NCBI GenBank assembly: GCA_038064595.1
Contig: JBBTSV010000001.1
Location: 1,915-65,914, forward strand
Direction: 5' to 3'
From: Patescibacteria group bacterium
GTDB lineage: Bacteria > Patescibacteriota > Minisyncoccia > Phycocordibacterales > Phycocordibacteraceae
Length of the DNA: 64,000 bases
Part shown: positions 56,517 to 64,000 of the stretch, in pieces
How the letters are laid out: every line of letters starts with the position of its first letter
Position numbering within the stretch: the first letter of the stretch is position 1
Translations under genes and position numbers: made by a program
Notes under the pieces: generated by a model
Seen by the model: the letters and a program-made list of their open reading frames with translations, nothing else
The model's database searches: none
Told to the model about the DNA's origin: nothing

Positions 56517-58889
56517 ATGCCCCCGCAACAGTCAGTAGTCGTGCGACGCAGTTCTCTTGAGCAGTTTAGTGTCTGGGCACTTTTTGCGACAGTTGCCGCA
56601 GGAGTGCTCGTGCTTATCCCGGGATCTTCAGTACCCGCGGTCACGACAAAAACATTTATTCTCGCTGCCGGAACCATTCTCACGCTTGCGCTCTACATCC
56701 TCGCGCGCCTCTCGCGTGGAAACGTCGTCTTACCGCCGTTTAAGCTGGTAGTTGCACTCTGGCTCCCCGCGATAGCGTACGGACTCTCCGCAGCCTTCTC
56801 GGGAGCGCCGTTCTCGAGTACGTTCTGGGGTGCTACGTTCGACACCGATACCTTTGGCTTTATGCTGGTCGCGGCAGTCTTGGGGACGTTGGCCGCATTT
56901 GTGCTCCGCCGCGCTGACCACTACAGTTCCTTCCTGCGTGCGGGAGCAGTGCTCTTTGGCGCCGTCGCGCTTCTCCAGACGCTGATTGTGCTCGTGGGGC
57001 AAGTCATGCCAAACACTATCTCCCCGACCCTCTCTCTTCTTGGATCTTTTGATGATCTTGCATACTTCATGGGACTGGGTGTGATCGGAGTACTTCTCGC
57101 ATTCCGTTTCCTCAAGCTCCAGCAACGTACGCATCGCGCGCTTATGGCAAGTGGAGCGCTCGCGCTCTTTCTTCTCGCGCTCGCAAATGCAAGTGTCGTG
57201 TGGGTGCTTGTTGCCCTAGTCGCTCTCGGTCTGTTTGTGGAGTCGGTTATGCAGCGTGGCCCTAAATCGGCAGATAGCGATCTCGACGATATGGTGGAAC
57301 TTGGTGATGCCTCTCCTGATCATGAGGAGGGCGTACACTCACTCGTGATGCCGCTCGCGGTCCTCGCGGTCTCTCTCTTCTTCCTCATCGGGGGTACGCT
57401 GGGAAGCGCGCTCGCACAGTCGTTTAATGTCGGTACGCTCACGGTCCGCCCGTCGTGGCAGTCGACCTTCTCAGTGGCGCAAAAGACGTATAGCACCATG
57501 CCGGTTTTTGGTTCTGGCCCAAGCACCTTCGGCATTGAGTGGCTCAAGTATCGTGACGTCTCTCTCAACACCACTCAATTCTGGAACGCAGACTTTGTGA
57601 CCGGTATCGGTTTCCTGCCGACCTCGTTTGTCACAACTGGCATGCTTGGGGCGCTCGCGTGGATTGCCTTCTTTGTTCTCCTTCTTGTGTCTGGGCTCCG
57701 GATGCTCATTCTCCGTGCTCCTGAAGACGCGTTTATCCGCTTTGTTGCGATCCTCTCCCTCGTAGGTACCGTATATCTCTTCGTAAACGCGGCCTTTGGA
57801 CAGCCAGGTGCGGTACTCCTTGCACTCGCGTTTGTCCTTGCCGGCGTATTCGTCTCGACAACGCGCTTTGCGGCGCGTAGTCAGCAGTGGGGGGTTATCT
57901 TCTCACGAAGTCCACGACTGGGCTTTGTGATTGTCTTCTCGCTCACCATCCTGCTCCTCTCTTCAGTGGTTGCTGCGTACACGCTCGCGGGTCGTTACTT
58001 GGCCACCGCTGAAATCGCTCACGCCAATGCAAGCTATAACGCAGGTAACTTGGACGCTGCTGATCAGGCAGCACAGCGTGCGCTCTCATTCACCCCAAGC
58101 ACGCTTGCATATCAGGTGCAGGCAGGGGTTGCACTTGCGCGTCTCAATCAGATCGTGAGCTCGACCACCATGCCGGCAGCTACGGCACGTCAAGAATTCC
58201 AGAACGCACTTTCTGCTGGTATTAACGCTGCGCTTACCGCAACGCGTCTTGCACCAAATGAATACCGCAGCTGGCTCACGCTCGGTAACCTCTACGCACA
58301 AGCAGTTCCGCTCGGTGTCTCGGGTGCATATGAGAGTTCCCGGGAGGCTTATAAGAAGGCAGCAGCACTGAATCCAACCAACCCGCAAATTCCATTTATC
58401 ATCGCGCAGCTCGATATTGCCGGTAAGAATCTGAAAGCGGCACAAGAGGAACTCAAGACCACCATCGCTCTCAAACAGGATTATACAGCCGCGATATTCC
58501 TCCTCTCTCAGCTCCAGGTGCAAGATGGCAATGTGAAGGACGCGCTTGCATCAGCGCTTGCGGCCGCGTACTTCCAACCCAGCGACCCAAATATTCTCTT
58601 CCAAGTCGGTATTCTCTATGCCGCGCAGAGCGACTTCCAGAATGCAGCAGCCGCGCTTAGTGCTGCAGTTGCTGCGAATCCACAGTTTGCGAATGCCCGC
58701 TACTTCCTTGCGGCAGTGTACGCAAAGCTGAATGATCTGCCGAACGCTCTCTCGCAGGTGCAAGCAGTTGCTGCGATGTCCCCAGAGAATGCTGCAGCGG
58801 TGGAGACTCAACTCAACGCTCTTAAGAGTGGGAAAAATCCGTTTCCCGCGAATCTCCTCTCCGCTCCTCCCGCGCCTATCAAACAGTAA
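56517..58889 (+). CDS. polytopic membrane protein with C-terminal TPR repeats (O-antigen ligase-like layout)
   Basis: About 12 TM segments, FGSGPSTF loop, TPR repeats (A..LNP.N, NARYFLA). Confidence 0.8.
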   Translation: MPPQQSVVVRRSSLEQFSVWALFATVAAGVLVLIPGSSVPAVTTKTFILAAGTILTLALYILARLSRGNVVLPPFKLVVALWLPAIAYGLSAAFSGAPFSSTFWGATFDTDTFGFMLVAAVLGTLAAFVLRRADHYSSFLRAGAVLFGAVALLQTLIVLVGQVMPNTISPTLSLLGSFDDLAYFMGLGVIGVLLAFRFLKLQQRTHRALMASGALALFLLALANASVVWVLVALVALGLFVESVMQRGPKSADSDLDDMVELGDASPDHEEGVHSLVMPLAVLAVSLFFLIGGTLGSALAQSFNVGTLTVRPSWQSTFSVAQKTYSTMPVFGSGPSTFGIEWLKYRDVSLNTTQFWNADFVTGIGFLPTSFVTTGMLGALAWIAFFVLLLVSGLRMLILRAPEDAFIRFVAILSLVGTVYLFVNAAFGQPGAVLLALAFVLAGVFVSTTRFAARSQQWGVIFSRSPRLGFVIVFSLTILLLSSVVAAYTLAGRYLATAEIAHANASYNAGNLDAADQAAQRALSFTPSTLAYQVQAGVALARLNQIVSSTTMPAATARQEFQNALSAGINAALTATRLAPNEYRSWLTLGNLYAQAVPLGVSGAYESSREAYKKAAALNPTNPQIPFIIAQLDIAGKNLKAAQEELKTTIALKQDYTAAIFLLSQLQVQDGNVKDALASALAAAYFQPSDPNILFQVGILYAAQSDFQNAAAALSAAVAANPQFANARYFLAAVYAKLNDLPNALSQVQAVAAMSPENAAAVETQLNALKSGKNPFPANLLSAPPAPIKQ

Positions 58890-58911
58890 AAGAGTAGGGT
58901 AGTATTGCAGG

Positions 58912-60618
58912 ATGGTTGGGCAGATCTTCAAGCGCATCACTGCGCCGGTACGCGGTCTCGTTCTCCGGCCGATACGCAGCCTCCATCAGGCTGCGTATCT
59001 GCTTGCGGGTCTGACCCTCGCTTCTCAAGTGCTTGCGCTCCTGCGAGATAGAGCCTTCGCGCACACCTTTGGGGCAGGGCAGACCTTGGACCTCTACTAC
59101 GCAGCGTTCCGGGTCCCGGATCTCGTGTTCGCGCTCGTATCTTCGCTCGTGAGCGCGTACGTGCTCATCCCCCGTATCACGGGGATGGACCGTACAGAGA
59201 CGCGTACGCTTCTCTCGGAGTCGGCGACGTTCCTCCTTGGACTCGGAGGGACGCTCAGTGTGGCGCTCTTCGTGTGGATGCCGAACTTCCTGGCGTTTCT
59301 GTATCCCGATCTTATGCACACCGCGGCACGAGACGAGTTCATTCTCCTATCGCGCCTCCTCCTCCTGCAGCCGATCCTCTTAGGTCTCTCGGGCGTCCTC
59401 GCGAGCGTGACGCAGGTGCATCGCCGCTTTGTGCTTTTTGCCCTCTCGCCGATTCTCTATAATCTCGGAATTATTTTTGGCGCGCTGGTACTCTATCCCC
59501 GTTTTGGGCTCATTGGGATCGGGTGGGGTGTTGTCATTGGCGCGCTTGCATACCTCTTTGTGCATGTGCCGGTTGTGATTGAGGCAGGAGTACTTCCGAC
59601 ATTGCGGTGGCCGCAGATGAGCGTCATGGCCTCGGTCGTGCGCGACTCGGTGCCGCGCTCTCTGGCGCTCGGGATGGGTGCGGTGACTGCGCTCGCACTC
59701 ACCGCACTCGCTTCTCAGGCAGGGACAGGTGCGGTCTCAATCTTCACCTTTGCGAGTAACCTTGAGGCGGTGCCGCTGGGGCTGATCGGCGCCTCCTACG
59801 CAGTCGCCGCCTTTCCGGCACTTTCTGAAGCGTCAGCGCTTGATCGGCGTAGTGAGTTCACAAACATCCTCTCGGCGAGCGCGCGTCATGTCATTTTATG
59901 GTCTCTGGTCGCCTTTGGGCTTATTGTGGTGCTGCGCGCACATCTGGTCCGTGTAATCCTAGGGACGGGCGCTTTTGACTGGAATGCGACGCGTCTTACG
60001 GCCGCACTCCTCGCGATCTTTGTGGTTGGTCTCGCGGCGCAAGGGCTTATTCTCCTCTTCTCGCGCGCGCTCTATGCTGCACGCAAATCATGGCAGCCAC
60101 TTCTGTACCAAGTAATCGGGGGCATTCTTACGGTCGCACTTGCGTATTTTCTACTCACCCTTCCCCCAGACGGGTTTCCTAGAACACTCGCCACTCTCCT
60201 GAAAGTGGGAGATCTCCAGGGGACACCCATACTCCTTCTCGCCTTTGCCGCGACGTTGGGGCAGCTTGGTCTCCTCGGGTGCTTGCTGTTTGCGCTCCGG
60301 AACGTGACTCCCGGGCTCGCGCGCACCCTGTTACGTCCCGTGATCGACGGCAGCATCGCTGCTCTTGTGGGCGGCGCAGCTGCGTACGGCACGTTGCTTA
60401 TCGGGGGAAGTATTGCACCACTTACCACGCTTATGGCGGTGTTTATTGAGGGTGCGCTTGCCGGCATTGTTGGTCTTATCTTCGCTGCACTTGCGCTGTA
60501 CGTGGTTGAGAACGAGGAGTTCCGCATCGTTTTTGCTGCGCTTGAAAAGCTAGTGCGCGCACGCGAGGAGCGAGCGACCGCACTCGCCCCTTCGGCTGAA
60601 GAGCCGCTCCGCCCATGA
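58912..60618 (+). CDS. murJ: lipid II flippase MurJ/MviN
   Basis: LALLRDR..A..FGAG..LD.YYAAFR.PD, SPILYN, FPALS. Confidence 0.9.
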   Translation: MVGQIFKRITAPVRGLVLRPIRSLHQAAYLLAGLTLASQVLALLRDRAFAHTFGAGQTLDLYYAAFRVPDLVFALVSSLVSAYVLIPRITGMDRTETRTLLSESATFLLGLGGTLSVALFVWMPNFLAFLYPDLMHTAARDEFILLSRLLLLQPILLGLSGVLASVTQVHRRFVLFALSPILYNLGIIFGALVLYPRFGLIGIGWGVVIGALAYLFVHVPVVIEAGVLPTLRWPQMSVMASVVRDSVPRSLALGMGAVTALALTALASQAGTGAVSIFTFASNLEAVPLGLIGASYAVAAFPALSEASALDRRSEFTNILSASARHVILWSLVAFGLIVVLRAHLVRVILGTGAFDWNATRLTAALLAIFVVGLAAQGLILLFSRALYAARKSWQPLLYQVIGGILTVALAYFLLTLPPDGFPRTLATLLKVGDLQGTPILLLAFAATLGQLGLLGCLLFALRNVTPGLARTLLRPVIDGSIAALVGGAAAYGTLLIGGSIAPLTTLMAVFIEGALAGIVGLIFAALALYVVENEEFRIVFAALEKLVRAREERATALAPSAEEPLRP

Positions 60619-62408
60619 TGAGTACAGATATCCGTAACTTTTCTATCATTGCCCACGTCGACCACGGGAAGTCGACTCTGGCAGACCGTCTCCTCGAGCG
60701 TACCGGAGCGATCCCAGAACGTCTCATGCGCGACCAGGTGCTCGACCGTATGGATCTTGAGCGCGAGCGTGGCATCACGATAAAAATGCAGCCCGTTCGG
60801 ATGCACTATAAAAACTATGTACTGAATCTGATCGATACGCCCGGCCATATCGATTTTTCCTATGAGGTATCGCGGGCGCTTCACGCGGTTGAAGGAGTGT
60901 TGCTTCTGGTTGATTCGACACAGGGAGTGCAGGCACAGACGCTCACGACGCTTGCGGCAGCGCGAGCCCAGGGCTGCGTCGTGATTCCTCTGGTCTCAAA
61001 GATTGACGCGCCCGCAGCGCGGGTATCTGAGGTGCGTGCCGAGCTCGCTGCACTCGTGCACTGTGCTCCAGAAGACGTGCTCGCGGTCTCGGGAAAAACA
61101 GGAGACGGGGTGGATGCACTTCTTGAGGCGATCGTCGCACGGGTCCCACCACCAGTGGCCTCCGCGAGTACGAGCGAGCCGCGCGGACTCGTCTTTGACT
61201 TCTCGTTTTCCTCGCATCGAGGTGTGGTGGTCTACCTACGCGTCTTTGACGGCGTTTTCAAAAAAGGGCAGCCACTCGTCTTTCATGCTGCCGGAAAAGA
61301 GTTTGTCGCTCTTGAGACGGGGATCTTCACTCCCGGTGAGACTCCCGCTGATATGCTCTCGGCAGGCGAGATCGGTTATGTCGTTACGGGGATCAAGGAG
61401 CCGGGCGTGGTCGCCGTTGGCGATACGGTCGGTGTGGTTAAAGGGACGCTCCCCGCGCTCCCCGGGTACGCACGTCCGCGCCCCGTGGTGTGGGCCTCAG
61501 TCTACCCTGAGAGTCAGGACGATCTCCCGCTTTTGCGCAAAGCGCTCGAGCGCCTGCGTCTCTCTGATTCCTCACTCTCATTTGAAGAGGAGTCTTCCGG
61601 TGTGCTGGGGAGAGGGTTTCGCTGCGGCTTCTTGGGCCTCCTGCATCTCGAGATCATTACCGAGCGCCTACGTCGCGAGTTTAACCTCACACTTATCGTC
61701 ACGATTCCCACCATCTCGTATGTGGTGACGACCACAAGCGGCGCGCGAGAGGTGATCTATACTCCCGCGAAGTTCCCCGAGTATGGGAATATTACTAAAA
61801 TTGAAGAACCGTGGGCGAGAGTGACCATCATCACTCCTCCCGAGACCGTGAGTGCACTCGTACAAATGCTCTACGATCACGAAGCGATCACGAGCGGGAC
61901 TGAGACCTTTGGTGATGGGCGGGTGGAGCTCACGGTGGAGATGCCGCTCCGGGAGCTTATGCGCGGCTTCTTCGATAAACTCAAGAACATTTCCTCGGGC
62001 TATGCCTCGCTCTCGTACGAGATTCTCGAGGAGCGGGAGGCAGATGTAGTGCGTCTTGATGTGCTCGTTGCGGATGAGCCGGTGCCGGCTTTTGCACGCG
62101 TGATTGCTCGCCGTAGAGTGGAGGAGGAAGCAGAGAAGATGGTCGAGAAGCTCCACAGCATCCTCCCCAAACAGCTCTTTGTGACCAAGATTCAGGGGCG
62201 CGCTCTTGGAAGAATCATCGCCTCGCGCTCACTCTCGGCGATGCGCAAAGACGTCACGGGCTACCTCTACGGCGGTGACGTCTCGCGTAAGAACAAGCTC
62301 CTCGACAAACAGAAGAAGGGTAAGAAGCATCGGGCTCAGTTTGATAAAAATCGCATCCAGATCCCCGAGGATGTGTTTATGAAAATGGTGCAGTCCTCCG
62401 CGGAGTAA
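60615..62408 (+). CDS. lepA: elongation factor 4
   Basis: [41 protein letters not shown]. Confidence 0.97.
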   Translation: MMSTDIRNFSIIAHVDHGKSTLADRLLERTGAIPERLMRDQVLDRMDLERERGITIKMQPVRMHYKNYVLNLIDTPGHIDFSYEVSRALHAVEGVLLLVDSTQGVQAQTLTTLAAARAQGCVVIPLVSKIDAPAARVSEVRAELAALVHCAPEDVLAVSGKTGDGVDALLEAIVARVPPPVASASTSEPRGLVFDFSFSSHRGVVVYLRVFDGVFKKGQPLVFHAAGKEFVALETGIFTPGETPADMLSAGEIGYVVTGIKEPGVVAVGDTVGVVKGTLPALPGYARPRPVVWASVYPESQDDLPLLRKALERLRLSDSSLSFEEESSGVLGRGFRCGFLGLLHLEIITERLRREFNLTLIVTIPTISYVVTTTSGAREVIYTPAKFPEYGNITKIEEPWARVTIITPPETVSALVQMLYDHEAITSGTETFGDGRVELTVEMPLRELMRGFFDKLKNISSGYASLSYEILEEREADVVRLDVLVADEPVPAFARVIARRRVEEEAEKMVEKLHSILPKQLFVTKIQGRALGRIIASRSLSAMRKDVTGYLYGGDVSRKNKLLDKQKKGKKHRAQFDKNRIQIPEDVFMKMVQSSAE

Positions 62409-62430
62409 TTCATCGTGATATTCTTTAGAG

Positions 62431-62817
62431 GTGATGAAAGATTTTACGAAATGGTTCAAAGAAAAGACAGGAGTACATAACGAAAAGGAGAGGCCGTTCT
62501 TCCGTGACGGCGAAGTGTGGTCTGCATCGCTCGGAGCAAATATCGGTTTTGAGCAGGATGGTCGAGGAGAACAATACTTGCGGCCAATCCTAGTCATTAG
62601 AAAATTCAACAAAGAGATTTGCTGGGGCATCCCACTAACGAAAAACAAGAAAAAAGGCCCCTACTACTTCTCATTCTTTTTAAACGATGCACCGAGCACA
62701 GCAATACTTTCTCAAATTCGTCTTGTGGATGCGAAACGTTTGTACTACCGTATCGGCACAGTCGCGGAGACTGACTTCACAGAAATGAAGAAGCGGCTCA
62801 GGGCATTACTGCCATGA
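62431..62817 (+). CDS. PemK/MazF-family toxin, no antitoxin ORF adjacent
   Basis: GEVW...LG.NIGFEQDG...RP.LV, PLT, SQIR.VD.KRL. Confidence 0.88.
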   Translation: MMKDFTKWFKEKTGVHNEKERPFFRDGEVWSASLGANIGFEQDGRGEQYLRPILVIRKFNKEICWGIPLTKNKKKGPYYFSFFLNDAPSTAILSQIRLVDAKRLYYRIGTVAETDFTEMKKRLRALLP

Positions 62818-62871
62818 ACCGCTTTTCCATTTTTACCCCTTTCGGGGAGGGCCGAAGCCGTTTGTCTAAGC

Positions 62872-62900
62872 ATGATAGTACGTATGACCTATGAAGTCAA
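62872..62900 (-). promoter_or_regulatory. convergent sigma70 promoter TTGACT-17-TATCAT pointing into the pemK 3' end
   Basis: -35 at 62900-62895, -10 at 62877-62872 on the minus strand. Confidence 0.7.
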
Positions 62901-62940
62901 TGGTTGTAGTGTGTCTGGTACTATATCTTGAAAACACAGC

Positions 62941-63705
62941 ATGAAGCCGCATCTCATTTTAGTGCACTCATTCCCCACGAATAGCATTCTGCTCCATGGG
63001 CTTGAAGAGTTTCTGGCTGATTTTTTCACTGTACATTTCATAGATCTCCCTGGGTTCCACCAAGAGAGCCCTCCGTTTAAGGGAGCTATCACCCTGCGTA
63101 AATTCTCACAGTACCTCGATGAGAAAATCACAGAGTTGAATCTAAAAGAATATATCGTGGGAGGCGTTTCCTTTGGTTTTCTCGTCATAAACAATGCTAA
63201 ATTGAGTACACATTGCAAGGCGATACTGGCCATGGAGCCGTTTATAAATACCCAGTGTTTGAATATGACGTTTTGGGAGAAAAGAAGGTACACATTCCTA
63301 GCGGCTCTGATGAAAGTCATACATCACCTCCACCTCGAAAAGAGGGTATGGAACTCACAATGGTTCAATACGTACCTCCAAGAAGTATCCGGCTATCCAA
63401 GAGTACGGGTCGATACGATCATACAGCATGTAGATCCTCGAACATTCTTTGCTGTTATGGGTTTGTTATTGAGCTATACCAAGAATCCGACATTCCACAA
63501 TCTCCCGCACTTCTTAGTGGGAAACTTTTCGGATAAGACAATTCATTTCGATAAGACGGTAGAGATTTTCATTAAAAATCTACATGAATTGCACCTCACT
63601 TCCGAGCCTATTGATCACTACCCTAAGGATCTGACGAAAAGCTATTTTAAAACACGCATACCCGAGGAACACATACAGCGGATGTTGGCCTGCATAGAGG
63701 GGTAA
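62941..63705 (+). CDS. alpha/beta hydrolase fold protein
   Basis: LVHSF, IDLPGF, GVSFG nucleophile elbow; visibly more AT-rich than neighbours. Confidence 0.8.
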   Translation: MKPHLILVHSFPTNSILLHGLEEFLADFFTVHFIDLPGFHQESPPFKGAITLRKFSQYLDEKITELNLKEYIVGGVSFGFLVINNAKLSTHCKAILAMEPFINTQCLNMTFWEKRRYTFLAALMKVIHHLHLEKRVWNSQWFNTYLQEVSGYPRVRVDTIIQHVDPRTFFAVMGLLLSYTKNPTFHNLPHFLVGNFSDKTIHFDKTVEIFIKNLHELHLTSEPIDHYPKDLTKSYFKTRIPEEHIQRMLACIEG

Positions 63706-63727
63706 TAGAAGACGCTATACTACCTCT

Positions 63728-64000
63728 ATGCGTGGGAAACAGATGCGACAAGGGCTCATAGTGAGCGTTCTCGCGGTGGTGGCCTTTTGGCTCGGCACGA
63801 GTATTTGGAACCTCGGGAGTAAGGTGCTCATAGCTGTGTCAGAGGCCAATGAAGCGCAGCTGCAGTATGAAGAGATCCACTCACGCAAGGCGGCACTTGA
63901 GGCAAGTGTAGCCACGCTCTCAACCGAGCGCGGTAAGGACGCGGCAATCCGCACCACCTTTGGGGTTGCGCGGGAAGGAGAAGAGGTTATCGTAGTGGTA
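63728..64000 (+). CDS. FtsB/DivIC-like septum formation initiator, 3'-truncated
   Basis: Translates MRGKQMRQGLIVSVLAVVAFWLG..., with TM helix, coiled coil and IR..FGVAREGEEVIVVV. Confidence 0.65.
   Translation, partial: MRGKQMRQGLIVSVLAVVAFWLGTSIWNLGSKVLIAVSEANEAQLQYEEIHSRKAALEASVATLSTERGKDAAIRTTFGVAREGEEVIVVV

Noticed and set aside
1-64000. CRISPR array or cas genes
   Set aside because: No regularly spaced direct repeats and no Cas-like ORFs; the three rnpB repeats are irregularly spaced and lie inside a structural RNA.

Overview
This is a 64 kb stretch of a bacterial chromosome using genetic code 11. Gene content and style suggest Patescibacteria (CPR, probably Parcubacteria); that assignment is inference. 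Core genes include prfB, ftsE/ftsX, pyrG, prmC, msrA/msrB, metK (with a SAM-I riboswitch), typA, smpB, ssrA, ftsH, recG, two lemA copies, htpX, nrdJ, rnpB, murJ, lepA and four tRNAs, one of them a rare tRNA-Ile(UAU). A 13 kb accessory block (7.5-20.8 kb) encodes two ACPs, an acyl-AMP ligase, a PLP decarboxylase, ThiF, PlsC, a PPTase, a FeeM-like synthase and a glycosyltransferase, next to a MacAB-like exporter and two SGNH hydrolases. The most unusual signals are non-coding. (1) A structured element lies behind both tRNA-Gln and tRNA-Ser, with a conserved covarying core and a variable segment antisense to its own host tRNA 3' end. (2) Palindromic elements are inserted in frame in recG, between a GIY-YIG nuclease and ssrA, and three times inside the RNase P RNA next to a RAYT-like transposase. 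(3) An orphan PemK/MazF toxin is faced by a convergent promoter driving a small hairpin RNA. (4) Housekeeping genes look leaderless, while small orphan ORFs sit in self-contained promoter-hairpin-SD-ORF-terminator cassettes, and one ORF-less unit displays an anti-SD sequence.
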